The notes: a model not told the origin generated them from the sequence alone. 64,000 nt of DNA from Spirochaetia bacterium (GCA_963677595.1 OY782041.1:640001-704000), one strand, 5' to 3'. Positions 20,415 to 31,255 are shown, counted from the first letter of the stretch. A program made the numbers and translations.

Positions 20415-21308
20415 TTACTCCGAACCTGCATAGAACTTCAGGTAATCCTCCAGATGCGCATTCCAATACTCCCTGCTATGGGTACCTTCGTTAAGATAAT
20501 ATTGCGACTCGACTTGTCTGTCCTGCAACAACGAATACAAGGCTGCCGTACCGTTGAAGAACCCCCAATCGTCCTCACTGCCACAATCCAGATATACAGA
20601 CAGGTTCGAGATATCCGTAACCTGGGCTATTCTCAGAGGATCCCGCAGGCTCCCAAGTTCTTCGTCAGGATATAATATCCCATTAAACGCCACACTCGTT
20701 TTGTCAGTGGCATCTTCAAGAAAGAGTGCCGGACTATGTCCACCTACCTTGCTGAATAGATCCGTATGCAGGAATGCGCTATGGAGTGCAGCCAAGCCAC
20801 CCAACGAGCAGCCTCCGATATACCGGCTTTCTCTGCGTGCATCTGTGGAATAAGACGCATCAATATGCCCTACAAGATCTGTGACAATATAGTCTTCATA
20901 TTGACCACGGGTCACACCCTTTTCATCATACGGTTCAACAGGAGTATCCGACGGAGCAAACCAATTGAAACCTGCACTGTTATCAACATCAGGTGTGACA
21001 ATAATCATTGGGGTCATAGTACCTGAGAGTACCAACTCTCTAGCCTTTTTGAAGAGATCATTTGTCGTCCAGGCATCTTCATCCCCTGTCCTGCCATGCA
21101 GCATATACAACACAGGGTATTCCTGTTGACTGCTGTAGCCTGGGGGAAAGAAGATATTATAGTTTTTATACACCCCTAAGCTCTCACTATAGAATGATGC
21201 TTTTTGCTCCAAAACTGTATAATACGGTTTTCTCTCGACAACTCCTTCCGCAAACAACCCGACAACCAGCTGCATCAACACCAGAAATACAATCACTCTT
21301 TTTCTCAT
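20415..21308 (-). CDS. Secreted alpha/beta-hydrolase esterase (CE1/FrmB-like)
   Basis: YPVLYMLHG, GCSLGG nucleophile, DCGSED, GTH; signal peptide. Confidence 0.85.
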   Translation of the reverse strand: MRKRVIVFLVLMQLVVGLFAEGVVERKPYYTVLEQKASFYSESLGVYKNYNIFFPPGYSSQQEYPVLYMLHGRTGDEDAWTTNDLFKKARELVLSGTMTPMIIVTPDVDNSAGFNWFAPSDTPVEPYDEKGVTRGQYEDYIVTDLVGHIDASYSTDARRESRYIGGCSLGGLAALHSAFLHTDLFSKVGGHSPALFLEDATDKTSVAFNGILYPDEELGSLRDPLRIAQVTDISNLSVYLDCGSEDDWGFFNGTAALYSLLQDRQVESQYYLNEGTHSREYWNAHLEDYLKFYAGSE

Positions 21309-21469
21309 TTCCCAATTCTCCTCCTTTTTGAAAAACGTGAATATTCAAACGCACCAATCCGGCACATTCTTCAAGAGTCTATGTGTTAATCTCGATTCGG
21401 CCGATGAAACACACTGTGACAGTGTTTATCTAATAATCCTTGAGGGCTTCATCAGTACCTCAATTGTTG

Positions 21470-21566
21470 TTTGTTAACTTTTTTGGTTATCTAATACGAT
21501 ATTAAACCAACATATTTCTGCTGTCAAGAAATTTTTCCAACTTTATCAACCTTTTTTGTCAGCTAA
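21470..21566. promoter_or_regulatory. Two further copies of the operator motif upstream of the esterase
   Basis: TTTGTTAAC-N7-GTTATCTAA (21470-21494) and TTTATCAAC-N7-GTCAGCTAA (21542-21566). Confidence 0.55.
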
Positions 21567-21949
21567 AACATATCAGACTTGATTCCCCTACCAAACATTC
21601 ACATAACACGCGTCTATCGAGAATCCGGTATATCACTTTTGATCTTGTACTGCCATCCTCGAAAAGAGTTCCACGTACACATTGGGTCTTATGGGAATAC
21701 AGCCAGACTCTAACACCCCCGTGATTATTCGACCCATCCGATTGATAATCAGGACGATGCTCGGTACGAGTGGAATAGAGTGGATGCTTTTACAGATATG
21801 TATCAGAATACTCAATAAGCATGTGAACCCAACTATACTAGGCAATTAGAATTGCCACCAAGTTTCCAAATAGTTAATTCACCATGCATACAGAGAACAA
21901 GAAATATAGACCCGCATATGTCTACTGCATTGAGATCACAATCAATTGC

Positions 21950-22831
21950 TTAGTTATGATCCTCTAATTCAAATACTCGTTTAAGGAAATCAACAATCCG
22001 ATTCAATGTTATTGACCGATCAGGCTCCTTGTTAAACCAACCATGCGGCTTCCCTGAATATATTTCCAATTCCGTATACGTCCCGAGTTCAGAAAGCACC
22101 TCTGCATACTCTATCGACTGACTGCAGGGAGAGCACTCATCCCCTCCCCCATGAAGCAATAACGTAGGAGGTGTTCTTGAAGCCGCTTTATGGAAAGGAG
22201 ATATCTCTTTAAATTTCTCAGGTGATACTTCATACCGTTCTCCAACAAGTGCCTCAATAGCATCAGTGAGGCGATCCTCTTCAATCAGCTTGAGAATATT
22301 GTATTCTCCATTAAGGAATATTGCAGCATTCGGTCTTGCTGAAATCGTATCAGACATAGCTGTCCCGCTTAACATCGTCAAAGCTGCTAAGTGGGCACCA
22401 GATGATCCTCCGCAAATGGCTATCTTCTCAGGATCTATACCAAATCGCTCTTGATTTGTTCGTAGCCATCTAACGGCTGAGTGGACATCGTGAAGGGGTG
22501 CCGGGAAACAGGCTTCTTCGCTGAGACGATAATCAAGATTCAAGGAAATGATACCTAACTGCTCTGCTAGAGCTTTTGATTGGAAATAGAACTGGGAAGG
22601 AGATCCGAAACGCCAACTGCCTCCATGTAAAAAAACAATTGCCGGTTTCTTTGATTTCTCCTGATACATTTTTGGGAGAAACAGATCTCCATATACAGCT
22701 CGACCGAAATCACCTTTCTCACGTACAACCTGCCGAGGACAAAAGAGTACAGAAGCCCCTGCTTGGAAGAAGACGGCAGCTTCTATGTTTTCGACTTCAG
22801 AAGAAATCTTTGTAACTCTGTTTATCCTCAT
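21950..22831 (-). CDS. Alpha/beta hydrolase, HSL/BD-FAE-like esterase
   Basis: HGGSW oxyanion motif, GGSSGA nucleophile, PPTLLLHG..D, HGW. Confidence 0.87.
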   Translation of the reverse strand: MRINRVTKISSEVENIEAAVFFQAGASVLFCPRQVVREKGDFGRAVYGDLFLPKMYQEKSKKPAIVFLHGGSWRFGSPSQFYFQSKALAEQLGIISLNLDYRLSEEACFPAPLHDVHSAVRWLRTNQERFGIDPEKIAICGGSSGAHLAALTMLSGTAMSDTISARPNAAIFLNGEYNILKLIEEDRLTDAIEALVGERYEVSPEKFKEISPFHKAASRTPPTLLLHGGGDECSPCSQSIEYAEVLSELGTYTELEIYSGKPHGWFNKEPDRSITLNRIVDFLKRVFELEDHN

Positions 22832-22866
22832 GATCTATGCCTATTCTATATATGAAGTCCAATCTG

Positions 22867-23925
22867 CTAGAGAGAAGGGAATACTGTTCCCTTGACTCCC
22901 TCTTTAAGAAGAATATGATGATCAGTGAATATCGTCTTTCCGGCAGGTTCCTGCACATTTATCATGAATTCAAACAGAGTCATAACAGAGCGATACCCCA
23001 CTTCAATCGGGTTGTACCAGACTGCGCAATGAACTCTATTCTTCATCATAGCCTCATGAACTGACGGGGAATAGAACGTTGTGACAGTCTTTACCGTCTC
23101 AGCTTCTTTTGTCTCCTCCAAGGCGCGCAAGCCTCCAGAAAGGACCGCGGTTGTAAAGAACACAGCATCAATATCATGATGCTTTTCCAAGGTTTTCTTG
23201 ACTAGGCCATAGTTGGTAAACTCATCATTCTGAAGCTGAACGATTTCCCTGATTGAAATCCTCGGATACTCTTCTGATAAGCACTGGTCCAGACCTTCAA
23301 TAACCTTTTCATGACTCAATAGGTTCAAGGATGGTGTGAATACTATCAGATCACCTTTCCCATCCAAGAGAAGCCCAAATAGGTTAGCAGCAAGCCGCCC
23401 TTGAAGAACTCTATCATGTCCTACATGACAGAGGCAGTCCGGGTTTTCAGGATTACCACCTAGAAGAACAAGCGTGATCCCGTTATCGTACAGCTCCTTA
23501 AGTTTCTGATCCACAATGGGATCATTAATAGGCACAACTACCATGTCCGTGATATCATCCTCAAGCAGGGCATCGATCATACGAACCTGGTCGAGTGCGT
23601 TGAAGTCGGTTCCCTCTTTGATAACCACATCTACCCCGAAATCTTTGATCTCTTCTGCAGCTTTTTTTACTCCCTGGAGAATAAAATCATGATAATCATT
23701 ATGCTGGACATGAAGAACAAACCCAATTTTCCTGTTCTTATTGCGGGTAGCTAATGACTTCGCCACCATATTGGGAGTATAATTCAGAGCTTTCGCTATT
23801 TCGAGAATGCGTTTCTTAACCCCCGGATCAATACGTCCCCGGTTGTTCAGAGCCCTGTCCACTGTCCCCCTGGAGACGTTGGCTAGTTCAGAAATTTGCT
23901 TTATTGTAACGCCCATGTATTCCAC
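22867..23925 (-). CDS. LacI family transcriptional regulator
   Basis: TIKQISELANVSRGTVDRALN HTH, YTPN..AKSL hinge. Confidence 0.92.
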   Translation of the reverse strand: MEYMGVTIKQISELANVSRGTVDRALNNRGRIDPGVKKRILEIAKALNYTPNMVAKSLATRNKNRKIGFVLHVQHNDYHDFILQGVKKAAEEIKDFGVDVVIKEGTDFNALDQVRMIDALLEDDITDMVVVPINDPIVDQKLKELYDNGITLVLLGGNPENPDCLCHVGHDRVLQGRLAANLFGLLLDGKGDLIVFTPSLNLLSHEKVIEGLDQCLSEEYPRISIREIVQLQNDEFTNYGLVKKTLEKHHDIDAVFFTTAVLSGGLRALEETKEAETVKTVTTFYSPSVHEAMMKNRVHCAVWYNPIEVGYRSVMTLFEFMINVQEPAGKTIFTDHHILLKEGVKGTVFPSL

Positions 23926-23980
23926 CTAACACATTTGAATCTATTGTAGAAAAAACTCTAATCTCACTCAACCCTGCAGT

Positions 23981-25018
23981 TCAGTTCTTTCTCGAACGAA
24001 ACAGCTGATTACGAAATCGCTTTGATAATACTTCTTGTCCGTTTGCGTCGGGATGCAATCCATCGGGAAGATACTGTAAATCTTCAGGCCCAAACAGATC
24101 CAACCCGTTAATATAATAAATAGATGAATCACCATGCTTCCTGAAAAGTTGGACAACCCCTTCAAGAACAGACCTCATTTCAACCAGAGACATTCCCTCT
24201 TCATTGTACCTCTTTTCCTCACGTTCAGGACAGAAGATCGGAGATATAATATACAATGGTGTGTATGGATGTCTTTGTCGGATAATCTCAATGAAGCCAA
24301 TGGTATTCGGCGAAAACATCCTTCTGCCAAGCCTGCCGGGGTATGTGTTTATCCCAAGTTCGCACGTGATGATGTCTGCCTGCAGATCCCTGAGAAGCAG
24401 TCCCACCATGGGCTCGATCAAGCAGTTAGCTCCAAAACCAAGATTCGTTAGATGAAGATCTTCCAATCGAGCCACCATAGCTGTCCAAGTCCTTGATGGT
24501 GAGGCAGCACTCCTTGATTGACTGATCGAACTCCCATAATGAATCCAGCGCTGTTGATGCTGTCGCGTCACCTCCACACTACTTTCGGACGTAATCCATA
24601 TCCCCTTTACCCGGCACTTAAAACGCGGATCCAACCAAATCTCTACGGCTTTTTGCTTAGAACCCAAATCTGCAAATAAGAATGAATTATTATCTTGCTG
24701 CAGGGTTTTCGTTCCCTGATTCACCCCATCACTGTATAAATCAACACGCATAGCTGAATCTGGATCATCAAGTTCAAGTTCCAGGATCTCCGAATCTGTT
24801 AGGAGACAGATCCTGACTCCTGAAGCCTGGGCAGGAGTCGGATCACTCCACCCCGGACAGATATCATCCTGCAGGAAGGGGAAAAAATCCCTTCTTCCAA
24901 AGTCTATTCTCCATGGAGCAACCCATTCTTCTGCAACCTCTACAGAAACGGCTCCCTCAAATGTGTACAATCCCTCACTGCAGCTTATGAACCGTTTTGA
25001 TGCCATTTTATCACTCAA
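23981..25018 (-). CDS. SGNH/GDSL hydrolase (SsfX3-like)
   Basis: YGSSISQ, NLGFGAN, GIN, DGLHP blocks. Confidence 0.87.
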   Translation of the reverse strand: MSDKMASKRFISCSEGLYTFEGAVSVEVAEEWVAPWRIDFGRRDFFPFLQDDICPGWSDPTPAQASGVRICLLTDSEILELELDDPDSAMRVDLYSDGVNQGTKTLQQDNNSFLFADLGSKQKAVEIWLDPRFKCRVKGIWITSESSVEVTRQHQQRWIHYGSSISQSRSAASPSRTWTAMVARLEDLHLTNLGFGANCLIEPMVGLLLRDLQADIITCELGINTYPGRLGRRMFSPNTIGFIEIIRQRHPYTPLYIISPIFCPEREEKRYNEEGMSLVEMRSVLEGVVQLFRKHGDSSIYYINGLDLFGPEDLQYLPDGLHPDANGQEVLSKRFRNQLFRSRKN

Positions 25019-26436
25019 CCAATCTCATCCCTATCGTACATTGCTATGATATAGGGATGATTCTCATCGTACTCTGCCAAGGGGTGTGCATCAGGGACCC
25101 ATCCGATCTTCCTTATGTTCTTTCCCATGGTCCCGGTAAAAGCATCTCCAAGATCTTCCCTGCACCGTTCTACTTCATTTTGTAAATCCGCTACAATTTC
25201 GGGATATTCAGCATATAGATTCTCTTTCTCGCTGATATCATTTCTCAGGTTATAGAGCTCCTTCACTACTTCATTTTTCATTGATTTCAGGATCTTTGCT
25301 GATTTCTCAGTTCCATCATGGTCTCCACTTGGCCGGCCAGCATGTTCTCGTCTTGATACATGAAGCTTCCAGTCACCTTTCCGAACAGCTTCCAAGTTGT
25401 CACACATATAATAGAAGAAGGTAGTACGTTTTGATTCCTCAGTTTTCCCAAGAAGCAGATCTGCCATTTCAATACCATCAATTATCCTATCAAGAGGAAT
25501 CTCTGCACCAGCTAATTTCGCCAATGTCGGGTATAGATCCATAGCATTAAATAGTTGATCATTGACTCCTGGAGTAATTGTTCCTTTCCAATGAGCTACG
25601 AGAGGGACTCTCAATCCACCTTCCCAGGTAGTTGCCTTAGTCCCCCGCAACGGACCATTACAGTCTCCAACATCATTTCGAGATCCATTATCTGAAGTGA
25701 ACAAGATCAAAGTATTCTCATAAACGCCGCATCGTCTCAATTCATCGACCAGAACTCCCACTGACCAATCTATAGCAGCCACACAGGCTCCGTAGTCACC
25801 ATTTCGTGACTTATCAACAAAGCACTGGGCAGCATAAAGTGGTCGATGAACATGCATATGCGCAAAATAGAGAAAGAATGGCGTTTCCGTATTCTTTCTA
25901 ATGAATTCCACACTCTTCTCTACATACCGTTCGGTCAGGCCCCTCTGGTCGGGCTGCAATTCAAGGATTTCCCTTCCATGCATAAGTGGTAGCGGTGTCA
26001 TTGTCGGGCGTGTCGGGAGAGGAGCCATATCATTACTGTAAGGGAGTCCATAATAATCATCGAACCCATGGTCCATCGGTTGAAATCCTGGTTGATCACC
26101 ACAGTGCCATTTCCCCACATGCAGAGTCTTATATCCCACAGATTTAAGCACCTTGGCAATGGATACTTCTTCAGGGTTGAGACCAATATCATACCCAGGA
26201 AAGAGAACCCACTCCCCATGGAAGGATCCAAATCCTATCCTCTGTGGATAGCAGCCAGTCATCATAGCACCACGAGAAGGAGAACAGACAGGTGAAGCCA
26301 TGTAAAAGTCGGTAAAACGTCGTCCATCTGCTGCAAGTGCATCTATATATGGGGTATCATTCTTTACTGACCCATAACAACCGAGATCCCCAAAACCTAA
26401 ATCATCACAATTTATCAATACAATATTAGGCTTCAT
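25015..26436 (-). CDS. Arylsulfatase A-like sulfatase (Cys-type)
   Basis: PNIVLINCDDLG, CSPSRG, GKWH, SDNG, EGGLRVP motifs; no signal peptide. Confidence 0.93.
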   Translation of the reverse strand: MKPNIVLINCDDLGFGDLGCYGSVKNDTPYIDALAADGRRFTDFYMASPVCSPSRGAMMTGCYPQRIGFGSFHGEWVLFPGYDIGLNPEEVSIAKVLKSVGYKTLHVGKWHCGDQPGFQPMDHGFDDYYGLPYSNDMAPLPTRPTMTPLPLMHGREILELQPDQRGLTERYVEKSVEFIRKNTETPFFLYFAHMHVHRPLYAAQCFVDKSRNGDYGACVAAIDWSVGVLVDELRRCGVYENTLILFTSDNGSRNDVGDCNGPLRGTKATTWEGGLRVPLVAHWKGTITPGVNDQLFNAMDLYPTLAKLAGAEIPLDRIIDGIEMADLLLGKTEESKRTTFFYYMCDNLEAVRKGDWKLHVSRREHAGRPSGDHDGTEKSAKILKSMKNEVVKELYNLRNDISEKENLYAEYPEIVADLQNEVERCREDLGDAFTGTMGKNIRKIGWVPDAHPLAEYDENHPYIIAMYDRDEIG

Positions 26437-26479
26437 CACTAACCCCTTGAACATACTATTCTTTCATTTTAAGATGATT

Positions 26480-28039
26480 CTAATCATCATCTTCAGCATC
26501 CATTTCAATATCTATCTTATTTGCGGCAGCCTCAGCTATGGTTTTTGCTTTCACTGCTTTTGTCTTTTTCATTGAGTAAAAGGTAAGTATTATGGTTATC
26601 ACAATGATTACCACAGCAATCGGTCTCTCAAAAAAGATCATCCAGGAACCGTCTGACATGATCAGGGAATTCTTCAAATTCTCCTCTGCAAGTGGACCAA
26701 GTATGAATCCAAGAATAAATGGGGCTTGCGGGAAATTGAACTTCTTCAGGAAATACATAAAGAAGCCTGCTCCTGCCATGAGGTAGACATTGAACATAAC
26801 ATTGGCAGTTGAGTAAGCTCCAGCTAAACAGAATAGGGCAAGCAGTGTAATGAGGATCGGCTGAGGCACTTTCGCTATTTGAGCAAATATTCTGATGAGA
26901 AATTTTCCTGCAAGGAACATCACTATATTGCAAATAATAAACCCTACCATGATTGCATACATAAGAGGTCCCTGATGCCTGAATAGTGTAGGGCCTACTT
27001 CCAGACCATGAAGAGAAAAAGCTCCTATCATAGTTGCGGCAATCACACTTCCAGGAATACCAAGAGTAAATAGGGGGATGAGAGAAGTACCAGTCACTGC
27101 ATTATTGGCTGCTTCAGGTGCTGCAACACCCTCTATCACACCGGTACCAAAGAGGTGCGAATTCTTAGAGCTTCTACGCTCCTCGTTATAAGCAATCATT
27201 GCGGCAATGGCTGCACCTACTGCGGGAATAGCTCCGATAATAGATCCGATTGCAGTGGATTTGAGAATTGTTGGAGTCAGCTTCTTCTTCTCTTCCCATG
27301 ACAGCTTGTCATGCCGTGCAATTGTAGCTGTATAGTGGAACTCTTTTGCATACTCCTTCTTCAAGATCATATTCAGTATGTTGGGGAATGCGAACATCCC
27401 GATAAGAACAGGCAGGGTTTCAAGTCCCCGCATAAGATAGATGCTTCCGAATGAAAACCGAGTGATTCCGGAAGAAGAATCTATCCCTACTGTGGAAAAG
27501 AGGATCCCAAGACAACCGATGATAATTCCTCGAACGATACTTGTCCCGCTTATTCCAGCAATTACCGATATCCCGAGGACTGCCAAAGCAAAGTACTCTG
27601 GAGGACCGAATTTCATAATGTATTTGGATATGAATGGCGCCGTGAACAACAAAATGATAGAACTGATAATCCCACCGATAGTTGATGAGATCAAGGCCGT
27701 TTGCAATGCTTTCCCCGGATTGCCTTTTTTTGCCAGGGGATACCCGTCAAATACCGTTGCCATAGCAGATCCTGTACCTGGAGTACCTACAAGTATTGCA
27801 GATATAGATCCTCCATAAGTTCCTCCAACATATATACCAAGCAGCATCATGATACCGGATAGTACATTCAGTGCATATGTAACCGGCAGGAACAGTATTA
27901 CAGCCAAGTTGGTGGTCAGGCCGGGGATCGCCCCGAAAACGATCCCAATTATCACGCCAGTTATTATTAAAATTATATTCTGAAGGGTGGAAAGATCAAC
28001 AAACCCATTCAGGATCATTTGAAAGTAATTCATAGCCAA
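26480..28039 (-). CDS. tctA: TctA permease (copy 2)
   Basis: GAIPGL, PGT..AMATVFDGYP, PEAANNA, LGIPG motifs. Confidence 0.92.
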   Translation of the reverse strand: MAMNYFQMILNGFVDLSTLQNIILIITGVIIGIVFGAIPGLTTNLAVILFLPVTYALNVLSGIMMLLGIYVGGTYGGSISAILVGTPGTGSAMATVFDGYPLAKKGNPGKALQTALISSTIGGIISSIILLFTAPFISKYIMKFGPPEYFALAVLGISVIAGISGTSIVRGIIIGCLGILFSTVGIDSSSGITRFSFGSIYLMRGLETLPVLIGMFAFPNILNMILKKEYAKEFHYTATIARHDKLSWEEKKKLTPTILKSTAIGSIIGAIPAVGAAIAAMIAYNEERRSSKNSHLFGTGVIEGVAAPEAANNAVTGTSLIPLFTLGIPGSVIAATMIGAFSLHGLEVGPTLFRHQGPLMYAIMVGFIICNIVMFLAGKFLIRIFAQIAKVPQPILITLLALFCLAGAYSTANVMFNVYLMAGAGFFMYFLKKFNFPQAPFILGFILGPLAEENLKNSLIMSDGSWMIFFERPIAVVIIVITIILTFYSMKKTKAVKAKTIAEAAANKIDIEMDAEDDD

Positions 28040-28051
28040 TCTTCTCCTTGT

Positions 28052-28504
28052 TTATGGCAGCGGTACATTTAGCAGGTATTTGAATGAGAACCATAGAAAA
28101 GCTGTTATGCCGAGGGTGAAAGCATAGTAAGATTTTTTCCTGATCTTCATAAACAGCAAAGCTCCTGTACAGAAGAGCAGTGATGATGCCAAGAACCCGA
28201 GAATCGGCATAGCTATCACATACACTACAATGATCAGGAAATAGCGAAGGGCATGAAGCTCCCCGGGAATATCTACAGTGATATACGAATCTATTTTCAG
28301 TACAAGGCTCTTCATTACAAGCACGATACCTAAGCCAATCATGAGATAAACTATCAGTAGCGGTACATAGTCTGAAGGTATCGCATTTGACAGTTTCTCC
28401 GCTCTGATCTTGATTTGGTATGGAATAATGATCCTCACAATTAGTCCCATGACAATGGCAACTATTCCGGACCATAGATTTTCCCTGAATCTCAATGAAA
28501 CCAT
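28052..28504 (-). CDS. tctB: TctB subunit (copy 2)
   Basis: 4 TM segments, LGFLASS, C-terminal F.YLLNVPLP. Confidence 0.82.
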   Translation of the reverse strand: MVSLRFRENLWSGIVAIVMGLIVRIIIPYQIKIRAEKLSNAIPSDYVPLLIVYLMIGLGIVLVMKSLVLKIDSYITVDIPGELHALRYFLIIVVYVIAMPILGFLASSLLFCTGALLFMKIRKKSYYAFTLGITAFLWFSFKYLLNVPLP

Positions 28505-28623
28505 ACACTACTCTCCTTCTGAGATATTCCTCTATAATCTATTCAAGATTACTTAGCTGCTTCTAGCCATTAAATACGTACTCTTCTCTTACAATATCAC
28601 ATTCCTAAAGCATGTTTTAAAAT

Positions 28624-28658
28624 CCTGCCAATCAGATAATTTGCCTCTGATTGGCAGG
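28624..28658 (-). terminator. Stem-loop 3' of tctC2
   Basis: CCTGCCAATCAGA-9nt-TCTGATTGGCAGG 13-bp stem. Confidence 0.6.
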
Positions 28659-28676
28659 TGGATACAAAAGGGTAGA

Positions 28677-29663
28677 TTACCGGAGACTATCAAGATACAT
28701 TTTAGCAGCTGCAATCTTTCGATCTATTTCAGCCTGGGTGGCTTCAACAGAGGGATCTGCTACTTGGACGTAACCTGCATCTGCAAATTCTTTCATGAAT
28801 GCAGGATCACTGAATACCTGATCCAAAGCATTCGCGAATATATCAACAACTGCCGGATCAGTACCAGCACGTAGAGCCAGGAATGCAAGGTTATCCCAAC
28901 TTATATCATATCCAAGGGTCCTAAGTGCCGGAACACTTGCATATCCAAGCTCACTGTATCCGGAAAAGTCCTTGTCATCATAGACACACAGGGGGACGAT
29001 AGATCCATCTTCAATATAGGCTGCTCCCATATTCAGGGCAACAAGACAGACATCAGCAGTTCCAGAGGCTACATTGACTAATGCGGTAGGGTATCCCTTA
29101 TCAGTGATGATATCAGAGTCGATCCCGAGCTGATTAAGCAGGTATTTCGTCATGATATAGGTAGCTGAGTTCACACCAGCAGCAGAGAATTTTATAATTT
29201 TCCCCTTTGCATATTCCTGGAGCTCTTCTAACGAATTAACCCCTAAAGAAGCGTTGATGAAGAGACCGATCTCAACTGTGTCTGTTCCAGCTACGATGAT
29301 GAAATCATCAGAAGTATACTGCAGAGTATCGAATAATGGGGCAATAGCTAGTGCTGCATCTCCATTGAATGCCACTGCATTACTATTGGGTTTCTCAGAA
29401 AGGAACTGGGTCAGTTCTACCGCACCTCCTCCGCCAGGAAGATTATTGATTGCAAAACTGGTATCAAGAATCGGCTCTAGATATTTTGCCATAATCCTCA
29501 TTTTTACATCCATATTGCCCCCAGGCTTGGCGTTAACATAAGCTGTAATTGGTCCTGTTGGCCAAGCGACTCCCTCATTGGAACTTTCGCTAGCCCCATT
29601 AGCCACGATAGGGAATGCCACAATTGCAATCAACAGTAATGTGAATACTAATTTCCTCTTCAT
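28677..29663 (-). CDS. tctC: TctC/Bug substrate-binding protein (copy 2)
   Basis: WPTGPIT...KPGGNMD, NLPGGGG, VPALRTLGYD motifs; signal peptide. Confidence 0.88.
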   Translation of the reverse strand: MKRKLVFTLLLIAIVAFPIVANGASESSNEGVAWPTGPITAYVNAKPGGNMDVKMRIMAKYLEPILDTSFAINNLPGGGGAVELTQFLSEKPNSNAVAFNGDAALAIAPLFDTLQYTSDDFIIVAGTDTVEIGLFINASLGVNSLEELQEYAKGKIIKFSAAGVNSATYIMTKYLLNQLGIDSDIITDKGYPTALVNVASGTADVCLVALNMGAAYIEDGSIVPLCVYDDKDFSGYSELGYASVPALRTLGYDISWDNLAFLALRAGTDPAVVDIFANALDQVFSDPAFMKEFADAGYVQVADPSVEATQAEIDRKIAAAKMYLDSLR

Positions 29664-29710
29664 CGTTCTCTCCTTCTTTTTTTATCTAAAACGGGGAATT
29701 CCCGTCTTTC

Positions 29711-31255
29711 TTAGGTTTGATTTACTGCCTCCAAAGCCTTCTCTCTCATTTCTTTCCCAGCTATTCGATGCTGTAGAATTGAGAAATCATAGAGATCCAT
29801 TAGCTCTTTAACCGTATCCAAATGGTTTGAAGCTATATTTGACGTTTCATCAGGATCATTAGCCAGATTGTACAGCTCAATCTTTCCATCCTCATATTCA
29901 ACAAGTTTAAATTCTTTGGTAATAGTAGCCCACCAATTACGAGCTTGGGGCCTCTTTTCACGGGGTCTTTTTATAGAGGGATATCCATGATCCCTATTGA
30001 ATTCATCAATAAACTCACTATCAGACTTGGTTTTTACAAACTGCGCATACTCCTCATACCCTTCCTCCTGATGGCTGTTTTGTATACCATTACATAACAT
30101 AATGGCTTGATACTCTCTCACCCCAGCAGCATGCTCTTTCGTCGCAAGATCTTTCAGCGATACAGAATCCATCTCTTCAGGGATAGGGATATCAGCAAAG
30201 TCCAGTATGGTAGCAGCAAGATCATGCAGCTGCACCAGTTCATTGGATATGTTGCCTTTAAAAGTTCCTTCACCAGAAATAACCAAGGGTATAGATATTG
30301 ACCCAAATTGAGGTTTGCATTTGAAGAACATGTTATGATCTCCAAGCATCTCCCCATGGTCAGAGGCATAGATGATTATTGTATTCTCCAATTGACCAGT
30401 TGCTTTCAGAGCGGCAACAAGATGCCCAATCTGGGTATCTATATTCTCAAGCATCGCTCCATAATTCCTACGGACCTCATGTATGCTGTTAGAATTCCCA
30501 GCATACTGCACTGGTTCAGGAAAAATCGTGTCATTATGAAGCCTCTTCATTTCCCGTGTAATATCCCATGGATCATGAGGACCGGAAAAATTCACCATCA
30601 GGAACCACGGATTTTGCTTCTTTGTATAGGACAAAAGTAAATCTACCGCATTCTTTGTAACCCAATTATCAGCATAAGCATCATGGGGCAGCGGGGTCTC
30701 AGAGGTCTCATACACGTTGTAATAACGCTTAATATAATCGGCCCGGTGTATCCCAAGAAGTCCATGTTCATGTAAATAGTTACCGTAGGGGCCTCTTGGT
30801 TCCTTAAAAGATGAGAAAACAGCATCATATTTCCCTTCACTATCCACAGCATCAGTGAATCCAAGGATCTCTAACTGATTGATCCAACCACTCTTTCCCC
30901 AAAACAGGACTGGTTTGTGAAGATCAAACTTCCCCACTCCTCCAACAGAATACCCATTTTGTTTCAACAATGAATAAAAAGTAGGCTGGGTGAGCGGATA
31001 ATTAAACCCATTATTATACGCTTCAATATGGTTATAGTGCATACCGGATGCAAGGCAAGCTCTAGAAGGTGAACAAAGCGGTGAATTACATATCGCACGA
31101 GAGAAAGTTGTACCGTTCTTCATGAGATTAACAAGATTCGGCATACGTAATGGAATAGTCCCCTTCTTTTCATGCTGTTCATCAGTTACTGTAATTGACG
31201 GCAACCAATCACCTCTATGCTGATCAGGGAATACTAGTAAGATATTTTTCTTCAT
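29711..31255 (-). CDS. Sulfatase (Cys-type, choline-sulfatase-like superfamily)
   Basis: NILLVFPDQHR, CSPSRA, GKFD, GPHDP, SDHGEMLGDH motifs; no signal peptide. Confidence 0.9.
   Translation of the reverse strand: MKKNILLVFPDQHRGDWLPSITVTDEQHEKKGTIPLRMPNLVNLMKNGTTFSRAICNSPLCSPSRACLASGMHYNHIEAYNNGFNYPLTQPTFYSLLKQNGYSVGGVGKFDLHKPVLFWGKSGWINQLEILGFTDAVDSEGKYDAVFSSFKEPRGPYGNYLHEHGLLGIHRADYIKRYYNVYETSETPLPHDAYADNWVTKNAVDLLLSYTKKQNPWFLMVNFSGPHDPWDITREMKRLHNDTIFPEPVQYAGNSNSIHEVRRNYGAMLENIDTQIGHLVAALKATGQLENTIIIYASDHGEMLGDHNMFFKCKPQFGSISIPLVISGEGTFKGNISNELVQLHDLAATILDFADIPIPEEMDSVSLKDLATKEHAAGVREYQAIMLCNGIQNSHQEEGYEEYAQFVKTKSDSEFIDEFNRDHGYPSIKRPREKRPQARNWWATITKEFKLVEYEDGKIELYNLANDPDETSNIASNHLDTVKELMDLYDFSILQHRIAGKEMREKALEAVNQT

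Noticed and set aside
21600-21950. Short ORFs (such as 21633-21845) in the long intergenic gap
   Set aside because: No RBS or recognisable family; could be a decayed gene but unsupported
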